64,000 bases of DNA from Tubiluchus corallicola (Eukaryota; Animalia; Priapulida), in NCBI GenBank assembly GCA_030141605.1, contig JAQGDQ010000192.1:124001-188000 (forward strand), read 5' to 3'. Under the pieces are notes generated by a model, which worked only from the letters and a program-made list of their open reading frames with translations, ran no database searches and was not told where the DNA came from. The position numbers and the translations under genes were made by a program. The first letter of the stretch is position 1; the number at the start of each line of letters is the position of its first letter. This document shows positions 27,874-42,095 of the stretch, piece after piece.

Positions 27874-30171
27874 AAAGCGGTCATTAGCATACAACTATTT
27901 TTAGCTATCTAACCTTTACCATACGTTAATGCACAAAGAATACTAAGCTAAGTAAGGAAATAATTCTGGACCGGCCAACGATGGGCCAACAATCGGGCTT
28001 CCTAAAATAACCCGTGGCAGAATCAGCTGAGAATGACTTTTTACGTAATTCTGCATTACGCTATTACGAATTTATTTTAATTACGCATTTCGGGTCACGG
28101 GTGTACTCAGTACCGATGTTTCATAGTATTATCGAAGTTTCCTGACATTATAAAAAATAACGTCTCAAAAATTTCATTATTTGATTTATTGATTGACTGA
28201 TTGATTGATTCACTGATGGATAGCTAGGTAGAGTGATTCATTGGCTGTTTGTTTGAGTGACTGATTGGCTGCTTTGGCGCATTACTACATTTCCAAAGGT
28301 AATTTAAAAATTTACAGCAAGACTAAAACAAGAAAACCTCGTCATTCAGGAGTTCAGAATGGGCAAGACAACAATTACTACGTTCCATTAAAACTAGGCA
28401 ATAAAGTATTTGTACTATGAAACGTTGATTAATTTGCAGACATAATCAATTAAAGTCTAAAAAACTTATTTTCATTACGGTCCCTAAATATTATCTAAAC
28501 ATTAGTGTTTCTGAATAATACAGACATTAAAAACAAATTTTGGAAAGCTGATTCCAATAAAAAACACTACATTGCTAAACTAGTGATAGTCAACAAGTTA
28601 CAATTGTGCGTGAAGACATACAGGTCTGATTATATCGCATATTAAAACTTGCTTAGTTTTATTGTAACTAGTAAACCATTTTAATGACAAACAAAAAATA
28701 GTAAAAAAATATACTACTAGTTTTAAAGAGGCTAGTTTTAAAGTGATTACTTAAGGTGGTTTAACCCTAAGATTATGCTAGGTTAACATGAGATGCAGGA
28801 CTTACTAAAAATCTGACATTTTCTTACAGTTGCAGTTAAAGATAAACTGTGACTTAGCTAACTTGAATAGTTGAGAATTAAAAAGCAACATTCTGTAATC
28901 ATGCAGAGTACGTGCATTTTTGTTATGACAACTATGTTTGAATTGTCTGACAACTATTGATAGACTTATTTGAAAATACAGGCACCCCGGTCACTACCAC
29001 AAACATTTCTAGTTTGAACTGAATTCTTTTTATGAAATGAATTGAATTTTTATTATGCACGACACTACAGGCCTAGTTTAAGTTTTTCTCCTTTAGAGCA
29101 GTTTAATAATTTCTGAGGATTTAATAACCTGAGAATTTTATGTTATCTCAGGTTAATGTCATATTGCAGATCATGTCAATTCAATTCTTCTTCCTTTCGG
29201 TAAAGAGATACCACATAAAAATAAAAAAATCATACACAAGGAATTTACACATTCTTTATAAAAGAATTTATACCACATAAAAAATTAGTAAGCAATTAGT
29301 AAAAGACAAGCCACGCAAGCTATATTTTTTGAGCGAAACAATTCTAGAAATGATTTTCGCTGTAAAGATATGAATTTCAAGAAATTTTGAATTTGCTAAT
29401 TCGAGCTTTTACATTCTTTCAATTGGAAATGTACTAATGTCCTGGTTGTTAATGTATTCATATGCATTGTATTCGCAACGATTTTAGCAATAATAAAATA
29501 AGATAAAATGAAACGAAATACAATAAAGTAAAGTAAAATAACGTAAAATACACGAAGATAATAAAATCAATGGCATTTTTATGATTGATGCTAAAAATGA
29601 GAGAAAGAGCGGTGATCTGTAAACGCAACGTGTAACATCTCAGTGTTGCGTTATCTAAAAGAGTTTCATTTTTATAACCATGTAGCTCAAGTCTATAATC
29701 TTTTGTGTAGCTGGTGGAAACGTTCACCTCAAAGTCTATAGTGTAGTGTTTGTTCAGTTAATAATTTAATATAGCACGGCTCTCTGAACCAATATTCCAG
29801 CATTGCGAAAGTATGAGAAACATTTCGTGTTTGATCTGTAATCTGAAAGACGACAGAACGTTACAGGTACTTAACTTAGTCAAAGAAGCCATAAGTCTTC
29901 TACTACTATGTAGACTCTGCAGCCTGGGGACAACGATGAGTCCCACGTAAAGTTTCACCATAATGGATGATAAATGGTAAAATAAACCGCGATGGTTTAT
30001 AAAAAAATTGGCAATCACAGTATTTATTAATTAATGATATCGTTAGCTGTCCGCTAACTTCTGGGAAAGTATTGATACAAAAAATAACCCCCTACTGTTA
30101 TGGGTACAGGTGGCGCTGTTTGACTGTGAGCAACAGGGAGGAAATCTTAGGCCTGTTTTGTCCTCTCATGC

Positions 30172-30216
30172 TGGGCTGGTAGCTCAGGTGGTAGAGCATG
30201 GGAGTAGAAATCCAGA
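30172..30216 (+). pseudogene. truncated tRNA-like sequence or SINE head (A box, D arm and anticodon-arm-like part; no B box)
   Basis: GGGCTGGTAGCTCAGGTGGTAGAGCATGGGAGTAGAAATCCAGA; TAGCTCAG.TGGTAGAGC is a canonical D-arm/A-box. The 3' half is absent, so it is not a functional tRNA. Confidence 0.55.
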
Positions 30217-30932
30217 CTAGTCCACAATTTTACAGTGTCTCCTTTCTCCAACTCATTACCCGCAATAGGCAATAATTGGTAAAATAAACCGCAATAGTTT
30301 ATAAAAAGTCTGGCAATCACAGTCATAATTCAATAATAAATTTCACCACAACTTCGTAAGCATGACTATAATAATTTTGCCTTAGTACACAGTAAGTGCA
30401 ATTGTGGAGAAAACATATTGTTTTCACAGTATGCTTACTGCCTACGAAAAAAACATAAATGTAAAACACAATTTTCTATTTACAAGTCATACGCTTTAGA
30501 CTACTAGGCCACTGCTATCCTCAGTGATCAAGGCAGTAAGCAGAAGGTTCTAGCTCCAAATGCAGGCTGCATTCCAACTTTTTCACGTTTCCTGTACGTC
30601 TTTTAAGTTTGGAATCAAAATTTAGTTAATTGTGCGTTTCTATCATCATTAATAATAATAATATTGACATTGAGATTACAAGAATTATTTACACTGCCAT
30701 AAATTCTAGGGACCTCTTTCACGTTTCCTGCATTTCGGCAAAGTTTGATTTCAAAGCTTCATAATTGTGGGCTTATTTCATTAGTATAGTAGTTAATTGA
30801 GCTAAGTCTTGTAATTACAAAAAATGATCCTAACCGGTTAGAAAATTATTACTCTTGCACAATTAACTCCGGAATAAGTAAACTAAAATTTGGAAGTGCT
30901 CAGTCGACTTTATCTTGTTTAAAAATTTTGTA

Positions 30933-31050
30933 TAATAATAGTAACGATGACGACGATGACAATGACGATGACGACAACCGCAGCAGCAGCAGAGAAAACG
31001 ACAACGACAGCAACAGCAACAACAACAACAAAAACAACAACAACAACAAC

Positions 31051-31087
<37 letters not shown>

Positions 31088-31100
31088 TGATAATGATGAC
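30933..31100. repeat. compound trinucleotide microsatellite (GAC/CAG/AAC/AAT/GAT)
   Basis: Directly visible. Confidence 0.95.
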
Positions 31101-33507
31101 TTGGTCAATTACATTGCACTTGTAATCTAGCAGTTCCAGGTTTAAATCCGGGTTTAAAGTACTCAGTCATGACTTATATATATATGTTCCCTTTTTTCGG
31201 TTTTATTTACTTTCACGAAATTTAGTAAATGTAGGCTCTTTGCATCACTTTGTATAGAAGAAAGACGCTTCCAAGAAAGCCGCAATCACCTATACCTTGC
31301 TTTGTTTCGTGTCTAAGTTTAATGACGTTCGCACAACAATTCCACCCAGAGTGTATGAAGCGTGCAACGCTTCACTTTGTACAGCAACCAAAGGGCGCCA
31401 AAGATACTGATTGCTGCTGGTAGGAAGTCAGACTCGTGTGAAGTATGAAGCCATTGAAAACTGAGTTCAATCTCACGGTATGATTACCTAGAAGTTAATA
31501 ATGCCTGGTAGATATAGTATGAAATATGGGCAGCAAAAATGAACGTTTGTAAAATTGCTAACAGTTACAACAGGCAACCAAATGGTGGCCGTGTCTACGA
31601 ATCGAGAGAATTTTAGTGGAGTCACATTTGGCTTCATAAATCTACTGCAGCGATTTTAATTTGCACCTATGTACCACGCTTATTATAGCCATAGCCATGG
31701 CAGCACTCAAAATATTTTCAATTAGGCCACTGAGTAAGAGTTCATCACAAAATTAACATCTTTAGTTAATCAGGTGCAAAGAAAATTGAAAATGAAATTA
31801 GTGAGCGAATTACCAAACACATTTTAACTTAAAGACTAGCATTAATGTTATGCAACTAAATCTACAATTATATGTAGCTATATAGATACAGATATATAAT
31901 TGATATGTAGATCTACGATAAATAGTTTCAGCAACTTTTGACTATTTATGTGCCTTTTGCGAAATTGATGAGGTGATATCGAGGCATTAAAGTTAAATTT
32001 TATGATGAACTTACACCGTCGTTACGTTTTAGCTGGGAGGATTTGTTTCATAGCATAACAATAACAGTAACTTTCTGGACATAAGCATTTGCGGCCTGAA
32101 GTCCTTCGTTTGAGAAGCTGAGAGCGTTAAGAATGCCGCAGGGCAGGAAATGAAAGACCGACGGACGCAGATGTCCACGATGCTGAAGAAAACTTGTTCG
32201 AAAAGCGAAGCATAAGTTATTGCTCCGGAATGCGAAGCATTTGAAATCTTATGACTTCGATTACGATATACTGTCATGACAAAGCACTCTTGTGTGAAAT
32301 TTCAGTGCAACAGCAAGCCAAGTTATGGCATTTTTTTCAAAAACAAGCTGCTCTAAACGTTGCACACCACGTACGCACTTGCGCAAGTACATTTTGCTCA
32401 AACGTATTTAAAATGTATTTTAGTAGCGTGCTATGTTTCGAATGATGCCTTTCCGCCCGCTTTCTGTTCCTTTAAGTCATTTAACTTTTTTTAAATTCTA
32501 TTTGTGACGTCTCTACATTAAAAAAACACTACATACAATCCCACCACACCATACCGCCCACATCATATCACAAAATAACAACAACAACAACAATATTTTC
32601 CACAATGTTGAAACTGCCTGAAGTGGCAAACGCTTAATAATACAGAAACGTTCTGCATAATCTTTACTTTCTGCTCCTGAAATGATGGTAACAACCTAAC
32701 AGTTAACAGGTTATAGATAAGCGCTTACAGTGGCCATAGAATACAAATTTTATTTTGCATTGTTTGCCTCAGAGGAGTATCATATAAAAAGGAATGGAGA
32801 TGATGCATGGAGAAAATGCAAATACAAGGTAGTCTTTTAGCAACAGATGAAGAGATATCAAGAAGAAAAACTTAGCACTAGCAGCATATTTCAAATTTCA
32901 GCATAGACATGGGAAGTTGCATATGATAGGGCAGCGTAGTCTAAAGTGATTGCAACGGTCATATCAGAAGACGTGTGACTCCAGAGATGGTCATGTCTGC
33001 CTAACTATGAGTAAGTGACAGAGTTCTGTATTACATGAAACTGGCTATGAAAACGAATAAAAGATTGCTTTACGGCGAAACAAACCTGTTTATGAGAGTT
33101 ACAAGCGAGTGACGTAACTAGATTTATTATTTATTTATTAAATCTTTATTTAAAAAATATTAGAAAAAATATTTACAAGAAAGTATAAAATATGAAACGG
33201 GATAAAAAACGTACATACGGCATAGAATAAAATTTTACAGATAAAAAGTGCTCGTTAAATATTTCGGTTAAAAGCACATAGAGCTAAGCCTTTATTTACA
33301 GGTAAAGATAAAAGATTATTCAGATTTACATCTTTTAAACGGTTTTTAAAAAGTTTGCTACTCTGAGTATAGATCAATATATATATATATATTACTCTAT
33401 TTTATCTGCACTTATGCTTGTACATACACTTGCACGATGAGGATTCATTTGTCAGTTTCAAAGTTGTCTAATCTGAACCAAATAAACTACATTTAAATTA
33501 AACTAAG

Positions 33508-34180
33508 TTACAGTAGATTGACGTTGTAACTCACGCTAGACAGTGTTACAATGGATTTTGTAATTTACTCAAAACGATGTTATAGAGGAATGTTGCAACT
33601 CAGTCTAGACGGTGTTACAGCGGAACGTTGCAACTTTTTCTAAACAATGTTACAGTGGAATGTTACATCTCATACTAGGTAGTACTGCAGCAGAATATTG
33701 CAAGTCAGTCCAGACAGCATTACAGTGGAATGTTGCGACTTAGTATATTAGACAGTATTACAGAGATTTCAAGATTATTTTCAAGATTGTTAATTTCGCA
33801 TCAACACAAACACAAAATTAATACATTAAAAGAAACAAAAAAGGTTTCAATATTTCAATGTAAACGAACAATGTTTGTTGCCCAATAAGAAGCAATTTTT
33901 TAAAAAAATGATTTGCTACCCACTTAAATGATTTGTGTTGCATGACATATGGTCATGTCAATCTAGACAGACTGGCGATGCAACTCGGTTTAGACAGTGT
34001 TACAAATGAGATGTTGCAACTTAGTCTAGACAATATTACAGTGAAATATTGCAACTCAGTTTAGACAGTGTTACAGTGAAATGTTGCAATTCAATCTAGA
34101 CAGCTTACAGTGGAATGTTGCAATTCAGTCTAGGCAATGTCACAGTGGAATGTTGCAATTCAGTTTAGACTGCAGTATTA
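33508..34180. repeat. ~33-bp minisatellite in two blocks (~33508-33765 and ~33960-34180)
   Basis: Consensus about TCTAGACAGTGTTACAGTGGAATGTTGCAACTCAG, roughly 7-8 plus 6-7 diverged units, separated by ~190 bp of unrelated sequence. Confidence 0.92.
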
Positions 34181-37100
34181 CGATAAGTATATGCCTAGTT
34201 CAACAGTTGGTACTTATAATTTCCTGATTTCAATCGAAATAAACAGCTAAATTGTGTTTCAATACGTTTCCGGAATGGCAACATTTAAGTACCAACAGTT
34301 GATACTTAAAGGCCCAATATTATAGAACAAAATTTTAAAAACTAAGTTTATAAGGAAAATCACAGCTGATTACCAAATGAAAAATATCTATTTATTTTCT
34401 AAAATGTAATTTGGTAAACACGTGAGTACTAGATAACGAATTAGCATTTTCAAAATACATCAAAATTGTTACACAATACTGTAATAAATTATTATGTTTC
34501 ATACATTATCGTTATCATAAGAGATTAATTGGACTGCAGTGGGCTATTGCGTCCACTGTACTGTGTGGGCTACAGTATTGTGTCATACAATGTAAGAAAA
34601 AAGCAACAAACTTACCATTCCTCAGGAATTATGTGGTTAATTTTGTTTCCCATACTGTCAATAATCGGTGCTGTTTTCAGAACCTCGTGTTTTACTCGTA
34701 ACTTGTAATACAATGAACTACTAGGATTGGATTGTGTAAACCAAGTATTGTGAGAGGCTCTTACTGCGCATGAGCAGTTACTGCTAGGCTAGTCTATTGC
34801 AGTGAAAGTAATTAAATAAAGATAGTATTTATTCGCTTGCTCATTAACTCTCTTGCTCACTAACAACGACTCTACAACTTTTCAATATTACTCTAGTTAA
34901 AATCTACGAGTCAATATTTATCCGTAACTCACTAATTTATATAAGACTCTTTTAGGAAACTTTTGCCTACTTTGCTAACAATCATACCATCTAAATTTTT
35001 CGTCTTTACTCTGTTAGCAAAGATTTTTGAAAAGATTTTCAAAATATACAATAATGTACTATTATATATTGTATAATTGCACCATATACAATTACTGGAA
35101 CAGTAATTTCGCAGAAATATTAATTTACTCAATAATCAATTAATATTTCTAGGGATAGGGAATGGAACATTACTAAATTATCTCTAGCCAAGATGAGATT
35201 TTTTCTTTAGCAGCCCTGTTTCGTCAATTTTTTATGAAGATTGGTTTTACATTTATTATCTCAAAATCTTAAAGAAAAAATAAGCAAAAATTATTCCTGC
35301 AAGAGGTTTCCACTATCAACCTCATTCACAATGAAGCAAGACTACGTTGATCAATTTTCAATATGATTGATCTACTCTCAAAATAGTTAAGTTGTTTCTG
35401 TAGAGAATATATGACACTTAATTCTAATTTTTTTATTCCAGGTGTTACGACTAACGAAGATAATTGGTACTTCTCTAATCCGTTTTCACAATTTGGGACA
35501 GTAGGTCTATGTCACACATTTTTGTGCGTAATAGACATGTAAGTAGTGCCTATCTTAGTGCCTCTACCGCACTTTTGTAAATATTGTATGTCTTTTGTCT
35601 TTTACTTACTGCTTTTACTATATTTTGTTACTGATTATGAATAAAATTAAATAAAAATAAAAAATAAGTCTACAAAGATAGCATTCGTCATAAATTTTTT
35701 GGAAAAACTATGAATACAGAACTCATAGACTCTGAAACTGGAGCATTACGTGAACTATATAAATCATGTTCGACAGCAAAACTTTTCTACTTGCCAGGGG
35801 AATATTTCTGTCCCGCATTGTATAAAACACCAAGAGTTGTATAGGATTAATTCTAAAATTATGCCACAAAAATGTGATCATGCTAAGGAAATAGCATATC
35901 AGAATTTTAGTGACTGGTCTGGGAATGGTTTGAAATTGATGCACTTTATTCGTGGTTTGAGACGATTCTTTACCACTGTCTAATACCAATATATTCGGTC
36001 TTTTCCTGAGCAAAATAACACCCTTTAGGCTTAGTTAAACCGTTAGGCTCCAGTTTGCCCGATGCCAGTAAGGGTGCTGGCAACACGCTCAAAATGAGGC
36101 CATCTTACAGCCATGAAAACGAACGTTGGGACACCGATGTTAATCTGTCTGCCTGTCTATCTGCCTGCCTGCCAGTATATTTACTAAAGCAAAATCCACT
36201 CTGCATTATGGAGAGCATCAATAGAGTCATCATACAATCTTGAACAGCTGATATGAGCTAAAAGATATTTAAATGTTCAAATGACCATAACCAATGCAGA
36301 AGCGCCACAGATCATATCGTTTTGGGACCAGCAGCCTTGGCGATGAGTCTTCAGACTCCCTTCTAAGAAACACACTAAGACAGAGTATATACTGTAACTT
36401 TTTTAGGTTATTTCTTTTCCTGACATGAAAGCTCGATAAAGTTGCAGATGTAGTGGAGTTTTGTCAATTAACCCAACGAAGTTCTTCTAGATGAATAGGA
36501 TAATGAAACAGTACATAATAACCAAATATTTTTATATCTAGGAAGTTTAGGTTTCGATTTGAATGCGAAGACTACCAAGCATATTGAAAAGTTGATAAAA
36601 GAAAAAAATCTGTGACAAATCATCAATTTTTTTATTGGTTGGAGATTTTCTCAGAAACGTTTTCTCATAAATTACTTTTTAGTAATTATTGTCATTTAAT
36701 GCTTGTTTGCTCACTTAGGTATCTTGCTCGTTCATTACTTCATTTATTCATTCCTTTGCCTTCCTTAACTTTCATTCTTTCGAACTTTTGTCTCAGTCGT
36801 CATACGTCAGGATACGACCATCCATTTTGACTGTAGGTAAGCTGGCACAATATTGTACAGCAACTTTGTTTGACAATAGGTGTCAGTTTTCCTCCGTGTA
36901 ATATGTCATTTGGATGCCTGCGCATGGCGTTGTATGGTGTCAAGTATCTTCCTAGTTATTCCAATTTTGCTCATCTATTAGCGTAATGGCGATTGATCTG
37001 CTTTGTACGTAGGATCATGTGACTAACTTCCGACTATCTCTTCTGCTAATTGTTTACCATTACGTGGAGTTTGGCTCGATTTGCTTGGCAGGTTAATGGC

Positions 37101-40100
37101 TTCGAAGGTCGTAGATACATTACCTTGAAGCCAAAGCGCAGTTTGAGATCTATGATTAGGGGCGCCTCCAGGACAAGTATGGCTCAGCATGCAAGGGAGA
37201 AGTTACAAACTTTTCTGCAGACTTACTATCTTGTTAGCTTGTTACGTAAAGCGTTTACAATATGCATTTGTCTTTGTCTGTCAAGATTTCTATAGATACG
37301 AAACCAAATCGTGCCAGTTCTGTCATATATAAACCTCTGCAAATGAAATATAAGATGTTTTCTAATGGTAAATCAGGAAGTACTCAGGTATACGAATACG
37401 GCTCATCTAGACCTTTTAATTGCATCTAGCTTATGAAGCTTAGTAAAGGTATTAGTGCCGTTCAAAAGACAGGGAAAAATAATTATAATATATAAGGTGC
37501 TAATAGGCCTAGGAAGAATTTACGTATACAGCGCGCTGTTGGTGCCTACGCTATGGCCTACGTTAAAGTTACATGACAGTACATGATAATATATTTTAAT
37601 TCTAGTTACATTCGTGTGGCAGTAACGTAACTTTCATGGGAAGAAATCTTTATTAGTCTTTTCTTAATAATTTTTGTTTTTTTTGCTGTCACTAACATTA
37701 AAATGTCACCCTAAAAGTCATTCTTTAAGGCTGATTTTACTATTTACTGTTTCACAAAACAAGGTAAATAAAAGTACGTATTAAAATGAACTCACAACCT
37801 CTTATTAAATTGTTAAATCCACTTGAGTAACAGGAGGGAAATTCGAAATAAAGTTAGCAATGATTTTGGATTTGAGTAAGTTTCATCTTACAAGTTTACC
37901 TCGTCACAGTAAAATAGCCTAAAAATAAACATGATTCTGTACAAACCAACATTTAACAAAAATCTATATTTCCAGCAACGAAATGACGACTATAAATACA
38001 AAAATCTGCCATCTATAGCGCGCATCCGATGTCTGGCCGGATTTCGCGCCTTTAATAAAGAAGCGTTGCACACGCAAGGCTCAAATCGACTTCAAAAACA
38101 ATCAATTGATCAAAGTTTATTGTCTTATAAAGTATACAAGGCAATCTACGTGTATTATAAAATGTTTAGCATAGCAAGCAGAAGAAACAAAATATCCAAA
38201 AAACAAAGATTTATTTATCGTCTAACATTAGCACTAACGGCTATTTAGCGAGTTACACTTAATCCACTTTCCATGATTATAGACGACATATATGACAAAC
38301 AATTAAGATTATCTAAATTTGGTGCGTGGGACAGGGGTGGAGATGACATCATCGTTGCCCTTGCCGTGCAACATAGTCTTAAAATTCTTGCAGCAAATGG
38401 CCGATTTTCTATTGGTCCATAATACACATAATACATTTCATCTATACTACATATATGGCTTGGCTTGCACGTTACATACAAATATTCGATTTTGTGAAAT
38501 GGACTGAGAGGCACTGATGACGTAATTTAGCCACTCCGTGCGTTCCAAGGTCATCATACCACCAAACGATAGCCCACATATAACTTGCTGTTCGCCTCTA
38601 ATAGTAACCAAGTGTCTATCTGTGAACGTTTTGGAGTTATAAGCCTCCAAAGTACAGGACAATTTCTTGACTCTTAGTGTCAAAGTGGGCCAAAGGGTAA
38701 AATTGTATAAAAATGTCCAAAACGCTGTTAAATTGACCTAAAAGATCATTCTTGAAAGTTTGGCAACTTTATCCAGTCAATCCTCTTTTCTTGGTTACCG
38801 AACCGGACTGTAAATTACATATATAGATATTTGATGAAAAAGAGCATCTTGTTTCCAAAATTTGGCTAAAATCCACTGGTAAGATGACAGTGTGTTTTCA
38901 TTATTCTTAGTTCAAAATGCGGGCAAGCTATTAAAATTTAAGAAACTGAATTAAATTTTTATATTAAGTAATTTGTTGTTACATACTTCGAGCATTTTTC
39001 ACAATAAGCACATTTTTTCAACAAAATAGTATTGGATACCTAGGTTACTGAAACTAACAAATTCCAAGGATAAAAATATCTTTAAACCAACTCCTACACA
39101 CATTTTCTGAAAAGCACTCTGGCCATTGTTTATGAATCATAATTAAATTTTTTGCAACTTTTGTTTTTGTACTGCTTTTTAAATAAAAAATGTGAAAAAT
39201 TGCTTTATATTGTCTATGGGAAAATCGCTTTGTCCAAAATGTAACACAATGATAACGAATAACATGTAAGATGTATGCCCTGGCGTTGGCAGCTGCTAGT
39301 ACGAACAAGACTGTGTGTATGTCGTCTGAAATTTAAACCACTCGGCTACCCAACCCTGGACACCATTCAGTAGTAATTTAAGGGAGTGGGGTGTGGGGTG
39401 GGTCAGACTGATATAAAATAAAGCTAAAATGGTTTACCTTAATGTACATTATCATTGGGTGTAGCAAAGCGAACGACGGATACAATGATTTGGTAGATTT
39501 GTGAAATATTTGAAGAACTTGCAGACGGAAATATGTATGAAAATAAGGCTAACGATTACTGAACTTGAAGTTATATTGTTACGTGGATAAAAAACTGAGC
39601 AATAAAAATAAACTATTTTTTCAGTCATTTATAGTGTTTATTTAATACCTGTTAACAAGTCTAAATTAAGTTTAAAATAAGTTCGTTAACTATTGGCTTA
39701 TTTCCTGGACAGGTCTTAATTAAAAAGGAACATTTGTTTTTCGCTATCATTATTGCAACTCCATTCTACTTTAAGTTTAGAGGATTTCATAGATTCGTCT
39801 GAAATAAACTTATAAAATTTTAAACACTTATTCTTAAAAGAAAGGTCGAGCCTCCTGGGAAGTCAGGTTTATTTCGATGCTCGAGAAAATTGTTAGCAAG
39901 ATTTAATAATAAAAGTGCAGTAAGCACCTTGTGTAATTCGTTCAAGTTAAAACCACTTTAAAGTCTCGTTCTTTTCGCGTTTTGGCGCTTCCATTTTGAA
40001 CGCCTATTCGTCCACCAACGACGTCATTCGTCGACTGAAGAAATTCCATCAATTTCCATCAAAGGTATAATAAGTAAACGTGAGCTAACTGAAAGCCATG

Positions 40101-41436
40101 ATGCGCTTACGAAAAGTCACGAAGTCCACTAGTTACGTCATAATTTCAAGTGAATAGCGCCTAGCACCGCTTTACAGCTGTTTTATAAATTAATTTTATG
40201 TTGTATAGACAGCTTTTGCGAATTTCTTTGTTATATTCTTCTAAATTCTAAAGCAGTGAAATAATTTCAGTCTGCTGAGTGGCGTGGCCTTTCATATTTT
40301 AAAAATTTGTTCGAACAACCTGTTAATTAGATACAAATGAATGCGATTCTAGAGCACATAATCGAAATATAAAAAGATTGGTTTAGCATTGATTTCTTTT
40401 TTACAGTTCAACACACCGTGAGCCTGATTTTAGCATTAATTTTATTTATTTTTATTCACACCCAATAGTAAAATAGTCTATAATAAAAACAATATATATA
40501 TATAAACCACGTTGGCAAAAAACATAGAAATACAATATTTACAAGAGTGTGGTAAAGACAATGCCAAGGTTTACTGTTAAACGCTACTATTTATATTAAA
40601 TAGTTGTAGCACAACTGGAATCTAGCAATTTATTAAGGAGAACTCAACTTCAAATATGAATCACTTAATCGGTTGAGTTGTTGTAACATACCTTAGTAAA
40701 GAAGTGTATAATATATCCACCTCAACGAATGTAAAATATGGATAAGCGTGAATGGGGTGTGGCAGCGTGGGAGTGTAGAGCGTTTAAAAAATTTAGGCTC
40801 TGAGAGAGGTACACCACTGCAGAAAATGATAATCAGTGTTGTTCACAAGCTGTCATATTAGCTCATCATAACTTGTAATGACAACTTCGTCGTGCATTAC
40901 GTTAATCTGTGTTGTTATACATGAACTAATTATTATAGGTTAATGTTAATTAATAAATACAGAGACAAATTGACCATCAAGGTTCTGTTCTGTTAGTTTA
41001 AGACAGTTTCTTGTTTTTCTTTTGTCGCTCTAAATGTGTCAAGATTAATGGCATTCTGTTTTGGAGGAAACGCCAGACAGTATGGAGCCCTGAAGAAATA
41101 ATTGATACAAAACCATCGGAAAACTAACAAAGCCTTTATAAAGATTTCAGCGCTTTGATCTGAAACAGGATTCTACCCAGTAACGTTGACATCTTAATTC
41201 CCAACGAAACTAATCAACAGAAGATTTGGCTACTTTCAGAATGCTAGCAGTTTTTGACAATAAACGGAGATAAGAAAATAACGAAAGTAGTGAGTTCATT
41301 CAAACCCGGTCTCAATATAATTGTGTTCAATTAATTGAAACCCATTTACTATTGTTCAGGTTTCTCATTAATTGCTCAGTATATTCATTTGATCACTTTC
41401 TCCTTGATTAGCCATCGGTTTCTATATCGGATAGAA

Positions 41437-42095
41437 CAGTGGTTCCCAAAGTAGGGGTAAATTACCCCCCGGGGGTAATATGGTTTTTTTGGCGGGGTAA
41501 CGGGCACCCCTCTGAAAATTTTTAAAACTTCGCTCGGAATGCATTTTACGTAGTTTTCTTCTTGAAGAGACTGCCTCCGGCAGGCAGCACTGTGTCATGG
41601 GGTCCATCATTCGCACGTTCCCACCATCTCTGGTGCGATCCTGGGGAGAAGTCAAAGTTCACGATTGTTTCTTTGGTTTCTTCTCTATCGATAGGTTGGA
41701 CGTGGAAAGCGATGCACGCGTTGCTTTGAGCCTGACGAAACCCAGGATTGAGAAACTGGCGTCCGAAAAACAGGCTCATCCGTCCCACTAACTGAGATTT
41801 TGTTGTTGTCATTCATTTCTTCTTGTTTTCGTTTGTTCGAGTAATAATTACTCGAACGAACCTGCTCACTCAGTAATGAGCAGGTTCAGTAATTGTAATT
41901 CTTGTTTTGGCAACAATACAACAACAACACCTGGAAATTTATTTATGTCACGAGCAAACATAAATAATTTTGCTTGCTTGTGGCATATACGTGTGTTTAC
42001 TTTTTCAGTTGGAGAAGTAGTACTAGGTGGGGGGTAATGGACACGACCGGGTTTCCCGATTTGGGTAACGGTCCGAGAAAGTTTGGGAACCACTG
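41437..42095 (+). mobile_element. non-autonomous hAT (Charlie/Buster-like) DNA transposon, 659 bp, with TIRs, 8-bp TSD and a transposase C-terminal remnant
   Basis: TIR CAGTGGTTCCCAAA ... TTTGGGAACCACTG. Perfect 8-bp TSD GGATAGAA at 41429-41436 and 42096-42103. Internal RLDVESDARVALSLTKPRIEKLASEKQAHPSH* matches the Buster/Charlie transposase C-terminus. Confidence 0.93.

Noticed and set aside
30172-30216. Functional tRNA gene
   Set aside because: No T-arm/B box or acceptor-stem 3' strand, and the anticodon loop is non-canonical.
33508-34180. CRISPR-like array
   Set aside because: Units are head-to-tail without unique spacers, the context is eukaryotic and there are no cas genes.
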